The translations under genes were made by a program, and so were the position numbers. Below, piece after piece: positions 7,215 to 14,204 of a stretch of DNA of 20,271 nucleotides. The notes under the pieces are model-generated. The model was not told where the DNA came from and made no database searches. It worked only from the letters and a program-made list of their open reading frames with translations. Origin of the DNA: a virus. Every line of letters starts with the position of its first letter. The first letter of the stretch is position 1. The stretch is taken from the IMG/VR virus record IMGVR_UViG_3300027809_000005; one strand, 5' to 3'.

Positions 7215-8510
7215 ATGTCATTTGCTGATATCATCAACCAAGCTCAGAAGGAATTAGATTCACAATCAGGAGGTAATTCACCTAAGGTAAAGTATCCTGA
7301 AACAAAACACAAGCGTTTATTCTACGCTAAAGATCAACGTGAAATTCTTGTTCAAATCTTACCTTCCAAAGATTTAGTAAGCTCATTTGCAGAGCCGTTA
7401 CGAAAAATCTTCTTAAGTGCTAAGTCATCTTCAGGTAAACAAATCAACTCAAACTTTGTATTGGATGCTGCACCTAACCCGGGTTCACTTCTTGAACAAA
7501 AGATTACACAGTGGGCTGATGCTGGATTAATCCCTAACGGATTCGGTGGACAACAATCACCTCGTAGCTACTACTTAGTAAACTGCGTAAACATTGTACA
7601 AGTTGCACCAAACCAATGGGCACAAGAGCGTGACCAAAACGGTAAATTGATTGTTCGTACATTCGAAGTACCTCAATCAGGTTTTGCTAACCTACTGCGT
7701 AAGTTGAAAGACCCGATGTTAAACACATCTCAAACAGAACTTTCATTTATGCATCCTGACAAAGCAGCACCTATTAAAATCTCAAAACCTGCTAAAGGTC
7801 AAATGGAGTACCCAGTGGAAGTGTATACAGCTATTCCATTACCTCCATTAGGACAAGGTTGGGAAAATGAATTAGAAGATTTAAAAGCTCAAGTAGTTCC
7901 TACAGAGCGTTTAGAGAATGGCATGCAGTGGGTACAAGCTTTCGTAGATATGAAAGAAGGACGTAAGCCAAACCAACAACAAGATGGTGGACAAGGTCAA
8001 ACAGCTCCACAGCAACCTGTAACTAACCCTTATGCAGGAGCACCTACGACACCAGCTATGCTTACACAACCACAGCAACCAGTACAGCCTAATCCGTATG
8101 CGGCTCCGCAGGGACAAGTTGACACTAACCCATTTGCTTTACCTAGTCAACCTGCTACTCCTAACCCTTATGCGGCACCAACTACACCGCAACAACCTGT
8201 TACACCAGCTATGCCTACACAGCCAGCACAACCTACTGGTCTAGTAGAAGATAACATGCCTGACTTTGCTGCTTCAGTTCCAACTCAACCAGTACAAGAT
8301 ACAGTGCCAACACAACCAGCGTTTAACATTCCGACACAGCCAACGGTTCCAACACAACCAACTGTGCCAACTACACCAGAGGTTCCACAGCAACCTGAAG
8401 CGCCTGTAGCTCCTTCAACACATAACGTGGCTACAAACAGCAACAACATGTTTGACGTAGACTCTATGCTAGCTGCTGAAATGGCTAAGATGAATGGTGG
8501 ACAACAATAA
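7215..8510 (+). CDS. Single-stranded DNA-binding protein (gp32-like, Herelleviridae type) with long Pro/Gln/Thr-rich C-terminal region
   Basis: Strong RBS AGGAGG. Globular N-terminal ~250 aa, then a low-complexity linker and an acidic/hydrophobic tail (FDVDSML). Its position between polymerase and recA matches the ssb position in this phage family. Confidence 0.7.
   Translation: MSFADIINQAQKELDSQSGGNSPKVKYPETKHKRLFYAKDQREILVQILPSKDLVSSFAEPLRKIFLSAKSSSGKQINSNFVLDAAPNPGSLLEQKITQWADAGLIPNGFGGQQSPRSYYLVNCVNIVQVAPNQWAQERDQNGKLIVRTFEVPQSGFANLLRKLKDPMLNTSQTELSFMHPDKAAPIKISKPAKGQMEYPVEVYTAIPLPPLGQGWENELEDLKAQVVPTERLENGMQWVQAFVDMKEGRKPNQQQDGGQGQTAPQQPVTNPYAGAPTTPAMLTQPQQPVQPNPYAAPQGQVDTNPFALPSQPATPNPYAAPTTPQQPVTPAMPTQPAQPTGLVEDNMPDFAASVPTQPVQDTVPTQPAFNIPTQPTVPTQPTVPTTPEVPQQPEAPVAPSTHNVATNSNNMFDVDSMLAAEMAKMNGGQQ
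7990..8420 (+). repeat. Imperfect coding repeats (NP[Y/F], PTQP, TPAM, QQPV)
   Basis: TAACCCTTATGC occurs twice, ACACCAGCTATGC[T/C]TACACA occurs twice, and there is a PTQPTVPTQPTVPTTP tandem. Confidence 0.8.
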
Positions 8511-8526
8511 TTTAAGAGAGTACAGA

Positions 8527-8556
8527 GTAGTAGCCTAGTTGAATACTAGGCTCTAC
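8527..8556 (+). other. Intergenic stem-loop between ssb and tad1
   Basis: GTAG-T-AGCCTAGT / TGAAT loop / ACTAGGCT-CTAC. There is no following U-tract, so this is a weak terminator or a processing/stability hairpin. Confidence 0.55.
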
Positions 8557-8593
8557 CCTTGAAATAAAACAATATATTACTAGGAGGAAGATC

Positions 8594-8956
8594 ATGGATA
8601 ACAAAGTTGTAAAAGTAACTCACCCGCTATTAACTGAGAAGTATACACAGGTATATCACGAGGCAGACCCTAAGTTTAATGCCCCTCACCATTTTGATGT
8701 TACAGACACTAAAGGGAATCTACTAGCAGGTATCAACTTCCAAGAAGGTCCTATTTTAGAAGCAGGTGTAAATGGAGTCTGTAATGAGGATTTACTCGTT
8801 ATGGTCTTACTTCGTTTGCAGGGGTTCCAAAACAGTCCATTCTCGTGTAAGGAAAATGCTATGGCTATTACAAAGATTGAAGAAGCTTTACTCTGGTTAC
8901 GCAAACGTACAATGGGTCGAGAGCAGCGCAACGTAGAGGGTACTCACGAAGTCTAA
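8594..8956 (+). CDS. tad1: Tad1-family anti-defence sponge protein (Thoeris anti-defence 1)
   Basis: Full-length match to the Tad1 pattern as I recall it: NAPHHF, INFQEGPI.E.GVNGV.NEDLL.MVL.RLQGFQ.SPFSC.ENAMAITKIEEALLWLRKRT..RE.RNVEGTH. 120 aa, RBS AGGAGG. Confidence 0.88.
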   Translation: MDNKVVKVTHPLLTEKYTQVYHEADPKFNAPHHFDVTDTKGNLLAGINFQEGPILEAGVNGVCNEDLLVMVLLRLQGFQNSPFSCKENAMAITKIEEALLWLRKRTMGREQRNVEGTHEV

Positions 8957-9014
8957 GACTATATCAAACATATAAGTTACACAGTTATCTATTACTTATT
9001 GGAGGGAATTTAAC

Positions 9015-10235
9015 TTGGCTAAAAAACAAACTAAAAAATCAGCAGATATTAACTTGGCACAACTTGGAGCAGACGCAGGACTAGTACTATTACGTGATTC
9101 AGATTATGCAATGGTATTTGACCGCTTGCCTCTATTCTTACCTCGTGTAGACGTAGTAATTGGGGGCGGGTTACCATTCGGACGAATGATCGAAGTTGCA
9201 GGTCGAAATGCTGGTGGTAAATCAACTCTAGCTTTCCATGCCGCTCGTGTAGGTACTTCTCTAGGATGTATCGTGGTTTTAGTAGACGTAGAGGGCACAG
9301 CTGACCGTGAACGTCTTGGTCATTTAGGGCTAGATACAAGTAAAGTACTTGTTAAACAACCTGACCCAGAAAAAGGTATTGCATTGACTGTAGAAGAGAT
9401 TGGTCGTACAATTGAAGACACACTAGCTGTATTCAAAAAGATGTATCCAGATACACCAGTTATTTTCATCTGGGACTCTGTAGGACAAACCCCTTCTAAA
9501 GTAGAGCTAGAGAAAGATTATGGAGAGCAAAACGTAGGAGCTCGTGCAAAAGCTATTACACAGTTCATTACAAAGATTGCTCCTCAAATCTCTGAAACAA
9601 AGTCTATGTTAATCGCAATCAACCAAATTCGTGATGATGTAGGTGGAAACACAATGTTCCCTACAATGAAAGTACCGGGAGGTAAAGCTTGGGAACACTT
9701 TGCATCACTACGTATTGAAATCAAGAAGAAGAAAGCTCTTGATAAAACAATCAATGGTACGAAACAAAAGATCGGTCACATTATGGGTGTAAAGGTAAAT
9801 AAATCTAAAGTTTGCCGCCCACATCAAGAAGCAGATGCTTACCTAATCAGTGATGATGGTATTCATTACGAATATAATCTTATCGAGATGGCTATTGACG
9901 CTAAGATTGCTAGTAAACCGGGTCAAAGTTACGAGTATGTTGACCTAAATGGAGAAATCCATAAGAAAACTAAGGACGAGTTCCTACGCTGGATGGCTGA
10001 AGACTTTGACGGTAAGGTTGTACGAGAAGAAATTCTTAATCGTCTAGTAGAGATTGAGTTCCCAGAAGGGTACCCTGCTCTAGGAAACAAAACGTTAGGA
10101 CTAGAGGGCTGGATGGATACTGTACATGCTGCAGGATTAGTTACAGCAGACACTTTACCAGCAGGAAATGCTACACAGAGTGCAGATGATCTTCTAAGTG
10201 CAGCACAGAGTGAAATCGAGGAGGCAGGGGAATGA
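9015..10235 (+). CDS. recA: RecA/UvsX-like recombinase
   Basis: IGGGLPFGRMIEVAG, Walker A GRNAGGKST, VDVEG, Walker B IFIWDSV, INQIRD, PGGKAWEHFASLRIEI and NKSKV. TTG start with GGAGGG RBS. Confidence 0.95.
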   Translation: MAKKQTKKSADINLAQLGADAGLVLLRDSDYAMVFDRLPLFLPRVDVVIGGGLPFGRMIEVAGRNAGGKSTLAFHAARVGTSLGCIVVLVDVEGTADRERLGHLGLDTSKVLVKQPDPEKGIALTVEEIGRTIEDTLAVFKKMYPDTPVIFIWDSVGQTPSKVELEKDYGEQNVGARAKAITQFITKIAPQISETKSMLIAINQIRDDVGGNTMFPTMKVPGGKAWEHFASLRIEIKKKKALDKTINGTKQKIGHIMGVKVNKSKVCRPHQEADAYLISDDGIHYEYNLIEMAIDAKIASKPGQSYEYVDLNGEIHKKTKDEFLRWMAEDFDGKVVREEILNRLVEIEFPEGYPALGNKTLGLEGWMDTVHAAGLVTADTLPAGNATQSADDLLSAAQSEIEEAGE

Positions 10236-10645
10236 TTCCCTTCTCTCCTTATTATAGAAGAGGGGTGGGAAATGGTATGCAATCCGACAATAGAGACATT
10301 GTAACGGATACACTAGACTACTATAGAGCTCGAACCAGTAGTGGTGTATCTGGTACCCCTAAGCCCTACCTGAGTATCCAAGACAAGCTTACCCGCTGGA
10401 TGGAGGAAGGAAAGAAAGTATTAGTAGACGTTAAAGATTCCTATAGTGTGCAAAGAGTCGTTGTCAAATTCGACTATGTAAGCGATCGTTGGGCTAAAGG
10501 AACATCTATATGCTACTCGGAAGGGGAAGAGATTCTGGTTCCTTACACAATCCATTTTTCAGACATCTTGTGTAAACGAATGAAAGTGATAGTAATACCG
10601 GAAGGAGAGAACCCATTTTCAGGAGGTAACCATGCCTACAGGTGA
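10232..10645 (+). CDS. Conserved phage hypothetical protein (between recA and sigma factor)
   Basis: ORF overlaps the recA stop (ATGA). An alternative start at ATG 10277 is possible. Confidence 0.7.
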   Translation: MIPFSPYYRRGVGNGMQSDNRDIVTDTLDYYRARTSSGVSGTPKPYLSIQDKLTRWMEEGKKVLVDVKDSYSVQRVVVKFDYVSDRWAKGTSICYSEGEEILVPYTIHFSDILCKRMKVIVIPEGENPFSGGNHAYR

Positions 10646-11270
10646 ACATTTAATCAAACATGGGTTGAGTAGAACTAGAATTTACTTGATATACCGAGGA
10701 ATGTTACAGAGGGTACTAAACCCTAACAGCAGCGGGTACAAGTACTACGGTGGACGAGGCGTAACTATATGTGAGGATTGGGTAGATAAAGATACAGGGT
10801 TTATCAACTTTTACAACTGGGCTATGGCTAATGGCTACTCTGACGATCTCTCTATTGATAGAATAGAAGTTAATGGTGGTTATGCTCCCGATAACTGTCG
10901 CTGGATTACTAACGAAAAGCAGCAAAATAATAAAACAAACAGCCGGTTTGTTACCTACAATGGAGAAACAAAAACTCTGGCTGAGTGGTCTAAATCGTTA
11001 GGAGGAGGTAATTCCCTTGTAGCTGAACGACTTAGGTTAGGCTGGGGTGTACCGGAGGCAGTAACAACCCCTCCGGTAAAAATAAACCAATATCACCCAA
11101 AAGACATAACTTACAAAGGTAAAACGCAATCACTTAGAGATTGGTCTAGGGAGTTAGATATAGCCTATAAAACACTGTCAGGCAGGTTGAGAAAAGGCTG
11201 GTCAATAGAGCGGGCATTCTCAACAACACCAGAAAAGAAGTTTTCAACAGCCAAAAGAAAAGAGGGATAA
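10632..11270 (+). CDS. Free-standing HNH homing endonuclease with two C-terminal DNA-binding repeats
   Basis: YKYYGGRGVTICEDW, SIDRIEVNGGYAPDNCRW..QQNNK. Two repeats: TYNGETKTLAEWS..LG..RLRLGW..EAVTTP and TYKGKTQSLRDWS..L..RLRKGWSIERAFSTTP. Confidence 0.9.
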   Translation: MPTGEHLIKHGLSRTRIYLIYRGMLQRVLNPNSSGYKYYGGRGVTICEDWVDKDTGFINFYNWAMANGYSDDLSIDRIEVNGGYAPDNCRWITNEKQQNNKTNSRFVTYNGETKTLAEWSKSLGGGNSLVAERLRLGWGVPEAVTTPPVKINQYHPKDITYKGKTQSLRDWSRELDIAYKTLSGRLRKGWSIERAFSTTPEKKFSTAKRKEG

Positions 11271-11272
11271 CC

Positions 11273-11911
11273 TTGGCTAGGGATATTGAGAAAGAGCAAG
11301 AGCAGATATTGAATGGAAACCGCTTTATGGTAAATACCTCGGAAACAACTGGGGTATTTCTCCGTGATGTGGACAAGTTAATGCACCAGTACCGTAACTT
11401 ACGGATGAGCATTTTCTCTACCTATAAGGACTATCTTCCTGACCCGGTGTCACAGGATGAATTGATTAGTTATATCGATGAGCAGTTTATTCGACTGGTC
11501 AAGGAATATGACATTAATGGTCCTGTCGATTTTCCCGGTTACATTAAAACAAAATTAAACTACCGTGTCAAGCATAGCTACATTAAAGGAGAGTACAGAG
11601 ATCGTCACCGGGTGTTTATCCCTAAGAATGATTTTGATGTTTCCAACTTTATAGAGAGCAATCCAAGTAAAGACGCAGACCTAGATTTCTATGAAGTACT
11701 GGAATTTGCCTTACGTGGTATGCAGCTTTCTGAACTGGAAAAGGAAGTACTATTCTTCATGATGCAAGAGATGACCGATTCACAGGTAGAGAAGGCAGTC
11801 AAGAAAAAACATCCCGGAAATAAGTATAGTTCTACAGTTATTCGTGACACGTTAAAGCAGATGCAATCGTTCATTAAATACCGATTACATGAAGCTTTAG
11901 AGACGGAGTAA
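11273..11911 (+). CDS. Phage RNA polymerase sigma factor
   Basis: Region-2-like QDELISYIDEQFIRLVKEYDINGPVDFPGYIKTKLNYRVKH and region-4-like LSELEKEVL..MTDSQV..SSTVIRDTLKQM. Family synteny after recA supports the call. TTG start. Confidence 0.8.
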   Translation: MARDIEKEQEQILNGNRFMVNTSETTGVFLRDVDKLMHQYRNLRMSIFSTYKDYLPDPVSQDELISYIDEQFIRLVKEYDINGPVDFPGYIKTKLNYRVKHSYIKGEYRDRHRVFIPKNDFDVSNFIESNPSKDADLDFYEVLEFALRGMQLSELEKEVLFFMMQEMTDSQVEKAVKKKHPGNKYSSTVIRDTLKQMQSFIKYRLHEALETE

Positions 11912-11912
11912 C

Positions 11913-11922
11913 TGCTATATTA
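11913..11922 (+). promoter_or_regulatory. Candidate late (phage-sigma) promoter TGCTATATTA
   Basis: Matches the TG(T/C)TATATTA late-promoter motif I recall for Twort-like phages. Lies directly before the holin and putative virion genes, with no -35 box. Confidence 0.55.
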
Positions 11923-11945
11923 TATAAAGTACTTAAAAAGAAAGG

Positions 11946-12257
11946 ATGGTTAATATGGATACAAACAAACCTGTACCAACAGCAAAGCAGGTGGTAGATA
12001 TTCCGCTAGAAGCACCTAAGCTTTCATCAAAGTTAGTAGCGATCACAATTTTCTACCTTCTTGTTATCATTAACGGTGTAGCTGCTATGTTTGGTGTAGA
12101 CCTGCATATCAGCCCTAACTACGATGGTATCTATGAAGGCGTATCAGCTCTAGCTTATGTTGCAGCTTTTGCCTTTGGTATTTGGAAGAATCACAACTTT
12201 ACTAAAGAAGCTCGTGTAAAAGCAGCTGTTGTAAAACAAGTCGAAGTTAAAAAATAA
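11946..12257 (+). CDS. Holin, SPP1 family
   Basis: Two TM segments followed by WKNHNFTKEA, the SPP1-holin signature WKNNxxTKxA. The true start may be ATG 11955. Confidence 0.8.
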   Translation: MVNMDTNKPVPTAKQVVDIPLEAPKLSSKLVAITIFYLLVIINGVAAMFGVDLHISPNYDGIYEGVSALAYVAAFAFGIWKNHNFTKEARVKAAVVKQVEVKK

Positions 12258-12284
12258 CTTATACCCGAGAGGAGAACAATCGAT

Positions 12285-12737
12285 ATGAAATTAGCAGATT
12301 ACATGAAACAGAGTACAGTCACTTTAACGGACGGAGACTACCTTGTAGCTAATACATCCGCAGTAGGATACTTACCTACTTATAAGGATACAGTAGGGCT
12401 ACACAGCGGTCAGTACATCTTTAAAATTAAAGCTGGAACTAACACAGGAGAATTTAATATTATTCCTATGGTGACAAAAGCAGACGGTAAAACGTATGTA
12501 GAAGACACAAAAAACCCTATCATCACAGTTAAACCTACGCAGGTTCAATACGTAACAAACCGTAATGACCCTAAATACCGTGATGTTTACCGCTCACCTA
12601 ATGCACATACACAAGTAGTGCCTGCAGGAGAAGAAGCACGTCATGCATTAGCTGCGTTCATTGCGTTTGCAGATGCAGAATACTCATTAGGAGTACAGCA
12701 CTTCCAAATTGAGGGTGCAGACTATTTAGATATGTAA
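12285..12737 (+). CDS. Hypothetical beta-rich protein, putative virion component
   Basis: RBS GAGGAG. Likely co-transcribed with the holin behind the late-type motif and followed by a terminator. The virion role is inferred from context only. Confidence 0.55.
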   Translation: MKLADYMKQSTVTLTDGDYLVANTSAVGYLPTYKDTVGLHSGQYIFKIKAGTNTGEFNIIPMVTKADGKTYVEDTKNPIITVKPTQVQYVTNRNDPKYRDVYRSPNAHTQVVPAGEEARHALAAFIAFADAEYSLGVQHFQIEGADYLDM

Positions 12738-12765
12738 GAATATTTAGTATTATTACAGACAGATT

Positions 12766-12804
12766 GAAGAGAGAAACTGTAACCCGGTTCCTCTCTTCTT
12801 TTTT
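12766..12804 (+). terminator. Rho-independent terminator
   Basis: GAAGAGAG...CTCTCTTC stem followed by TTTTTT. Confidence 0.8.
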
Positions 12805-12839
12805 ATTGTAAAAAACCTGAAATATTTATTTCTTTTTAG

Positions 12840-12868
12840 TTGACTCCTAGACTATAAGCTGGTAATAT
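12840..12868 (+). promoter_or_regulatory. Sigma-A-type promoter
   Basis: TTGACT (12840-12845), 17-nt spacer, TAATAT (12863-12868) with the TG extension. Confidence 0.7.
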
Positions 12869-12914
12869 ATAGACAAGGAGTTATAGTCTCCTAATTTTTA
12901 AGAGGAGGGTGATT

Positions 12915-13868
12915 ATGGACAAAGGTAAAAAGAAGATACTACGAGTATTTACTACAACTTCATTTGAAGGCGTAACAAGCATTGCCATATTGGAAGAGCT
13001 TTTAAAGAATACAGATGAAATACAGCTAGACGTACGATATGTAAAAAATCTGGATTTCCGGGACTACGCGGATTTTGCAGACGCAGATATCGTACTAGCC
13101 TTAGGGACTCCTTATAGAGGGTACAATTTACCTACGGAGTTCTTTCTTAACCTAGACGTACCATTCATGGACTTCCTGCACTTCAGCACATGGGGAGAAG
13201 AGCTTGGAGGGGAACACATTACGTCACAGGTTAACGAGAACGAAGACCCAATCAAGCAGCTGGCTATGTTTATAAGTAGATTCCCAGAATCTAGTCTGCT
13301 AGCTAAATATATTGAGTTTACAGAAAAAGCGTGGTATCTTATTGAAGCGGTTAATGCATACCGCACATGGTCATGGGAGAACAACAGCATAACTCGAATG
13401 CTCTTAGCGCTTTATCATGCTAGCTATAAGTGGCTGCCCTTGTTAATGCGTGGATTGTCAATAGAAGAAACCATACGGAAACACGCACCGATCATTCAGG
13501 GACAGATGGAAAAGATGAAGGATTATATAGACAGAAAGAAAGAGACGGTTAAATCATTTAACGTGGAAGTAGATGGACAGCAGTGCAAACTGTTTGTGGC
13601 ATATGCAGACGAGTACATAAACGAATTGGCTAATGACATACTTACAACAGAACAGACAGCAATGCCTACAATTGTTTGTGTAGGGCGCTCTACAAAATCG
13701 AGTGACCTATTTTCTATCCGTACCACAAAAGTAGAGGCAGGTAAAGTAGCGTGGCTTATTAACGAGGGTTCAGGAAAAGACAGCGTAGCTAACGTATTTA
13801 CCGGGGTCAGTTATGCTCAGCTAATGGGCACAGGAATCGCTCAGAAGTTGGCTCAACTGGAAGCATAG
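12915..13868 (+). CDS. DHH/DHHA1 (NrnB-like) phosphoesterase-fold protein with degenerate catalytic motifs
   Basis: LIEAVNAYRTWSWE, EKMKDYIDRKKE, VAYADEYINELANDIL and FSIRT..VEAGKVAWLINEGSGK are colinear with NrnB-family segments as I recall them. RBS AGGAGG at 12903-12908 favours ATG 12915. Confidence 0.7.
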   Translation: MDKGKKKILRVFTTTSFEGVTSIAILEELLKNTDEIQLDVRYVKNLDFRDYADFADADIVLALGTPYRGYNLPTEFFLNLDVPFMDFLHFSTWGEELGGEHITSQVNENEDPIKQLAMFISRFPESSLLAKYIEFTEKAWYLIEAVNAYRTWSWENNSITRMLLALYHASYKWLPLLMRGLSIEETIRKHAPIIQGQMEKMKDYIDRKKETVKSFNVEVDGQQCKLFVAYADEYINELANDILTTEQTAMPTIVCVGRSTKSSDLFSIRTTKVEAGKVAWLINEGSGKDSVANVFTGVSYAQLMGTGIAQKLAQLEA

Positions 13869-13879
13869 GACAGGAACTA

Positions 13880-13888
13880 TGCTATAAT
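13880..13888 (+). promoter_or_regulatory. Extended -10 promoter TGcTATAAT
   Basis: TG followed by a perfect TATAAT in the short gap before ORF 13908. Confidence 0.55.
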
Positions 13889-13907
13889 TATAAGAGGGGG
13901 AAAAAAT

Positions 13908-14192
13908 ATGCATAAAAAATTAAATGAACTAGTAGGCGCTTCAGGAGTGACTACGGACGAACTGTTTGACGAGATCACAACTATTTTAGAAACTGAAGGT
14001 ACAATGGTAGAAGATAAAGAGATTGCTCCGTCAAGCAGACAGAACAACATATCAGAGCTCGTAATGACTTCATACAGCGTAAATGATGCGCTTTACACAC
14101 TTTGGTATCAAGTCCGTACTCCCTTCTCAGACAAGGATATGACGTGCTCATACGGGTTTGAGGAAGCTGCTCCTACAGTACATACAAAATAG
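13908..14192 (+). CDS. Hypothetical acidic protein
   Basis: RBS GAGGGGG, 94 aa. Confidence 0.75.
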   Translation: MHKKLNELVGASGVTTDELFDEITTILETEGTMVEDKEIAPSSRQNNISELVMTSYSVNDALYTLWYQVRTPFSDKDMTCSYGFEEAAPTVHTK

Positions 14193-14204
14193 GAGTGAAA
14201 TAGG

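Noticed and set aside
7990-8420. CRISPR-like or non-coding repeat array
   Set aside because: The repeats are imperfect, in-frame and irregularly spaced. They are explained by the low-complexity protein tail.
8032-9339. Alternate-frame plus-strand ORFs 8032-8244 and 9049-9339
   Set aside because: Nested in ssb and recA. The His/Leu-rich content of the first is simply the shifted reading of Pro/Gln/Thr codons.
2797-10235. Group I intron or intein in the polymerase or recA, common in related phages
   Set aside because: Both frames are uninterrupted with all motifs in order. The polymerase insertions lack C/S...HN intein ends and endonuclease motifs.
10218-10270. Purine/pyrimidine inverted repeats at the recA stop as a terminator
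   Set aside because: The stem is imperfect, has no clear U-tract and overlaps coding sequence. Not supportable as a terminator.
11946-11957. Lambda-S-type dual-start holin/antiholin (MVNM)
   Set aside because: There is no charged residue between the two Met codons, and the first ATG abuts the SD-like sequence. A single start at 11955 is more likely.
12915-13868. Calling the DHH-like gene an active oligoribonuclease or a pseudogene
   Set aside because: Metal-binding motifs are absent, so it is not an active NrnB. The ORF, RBS and promoter are intact, so it is not a pseudogene.
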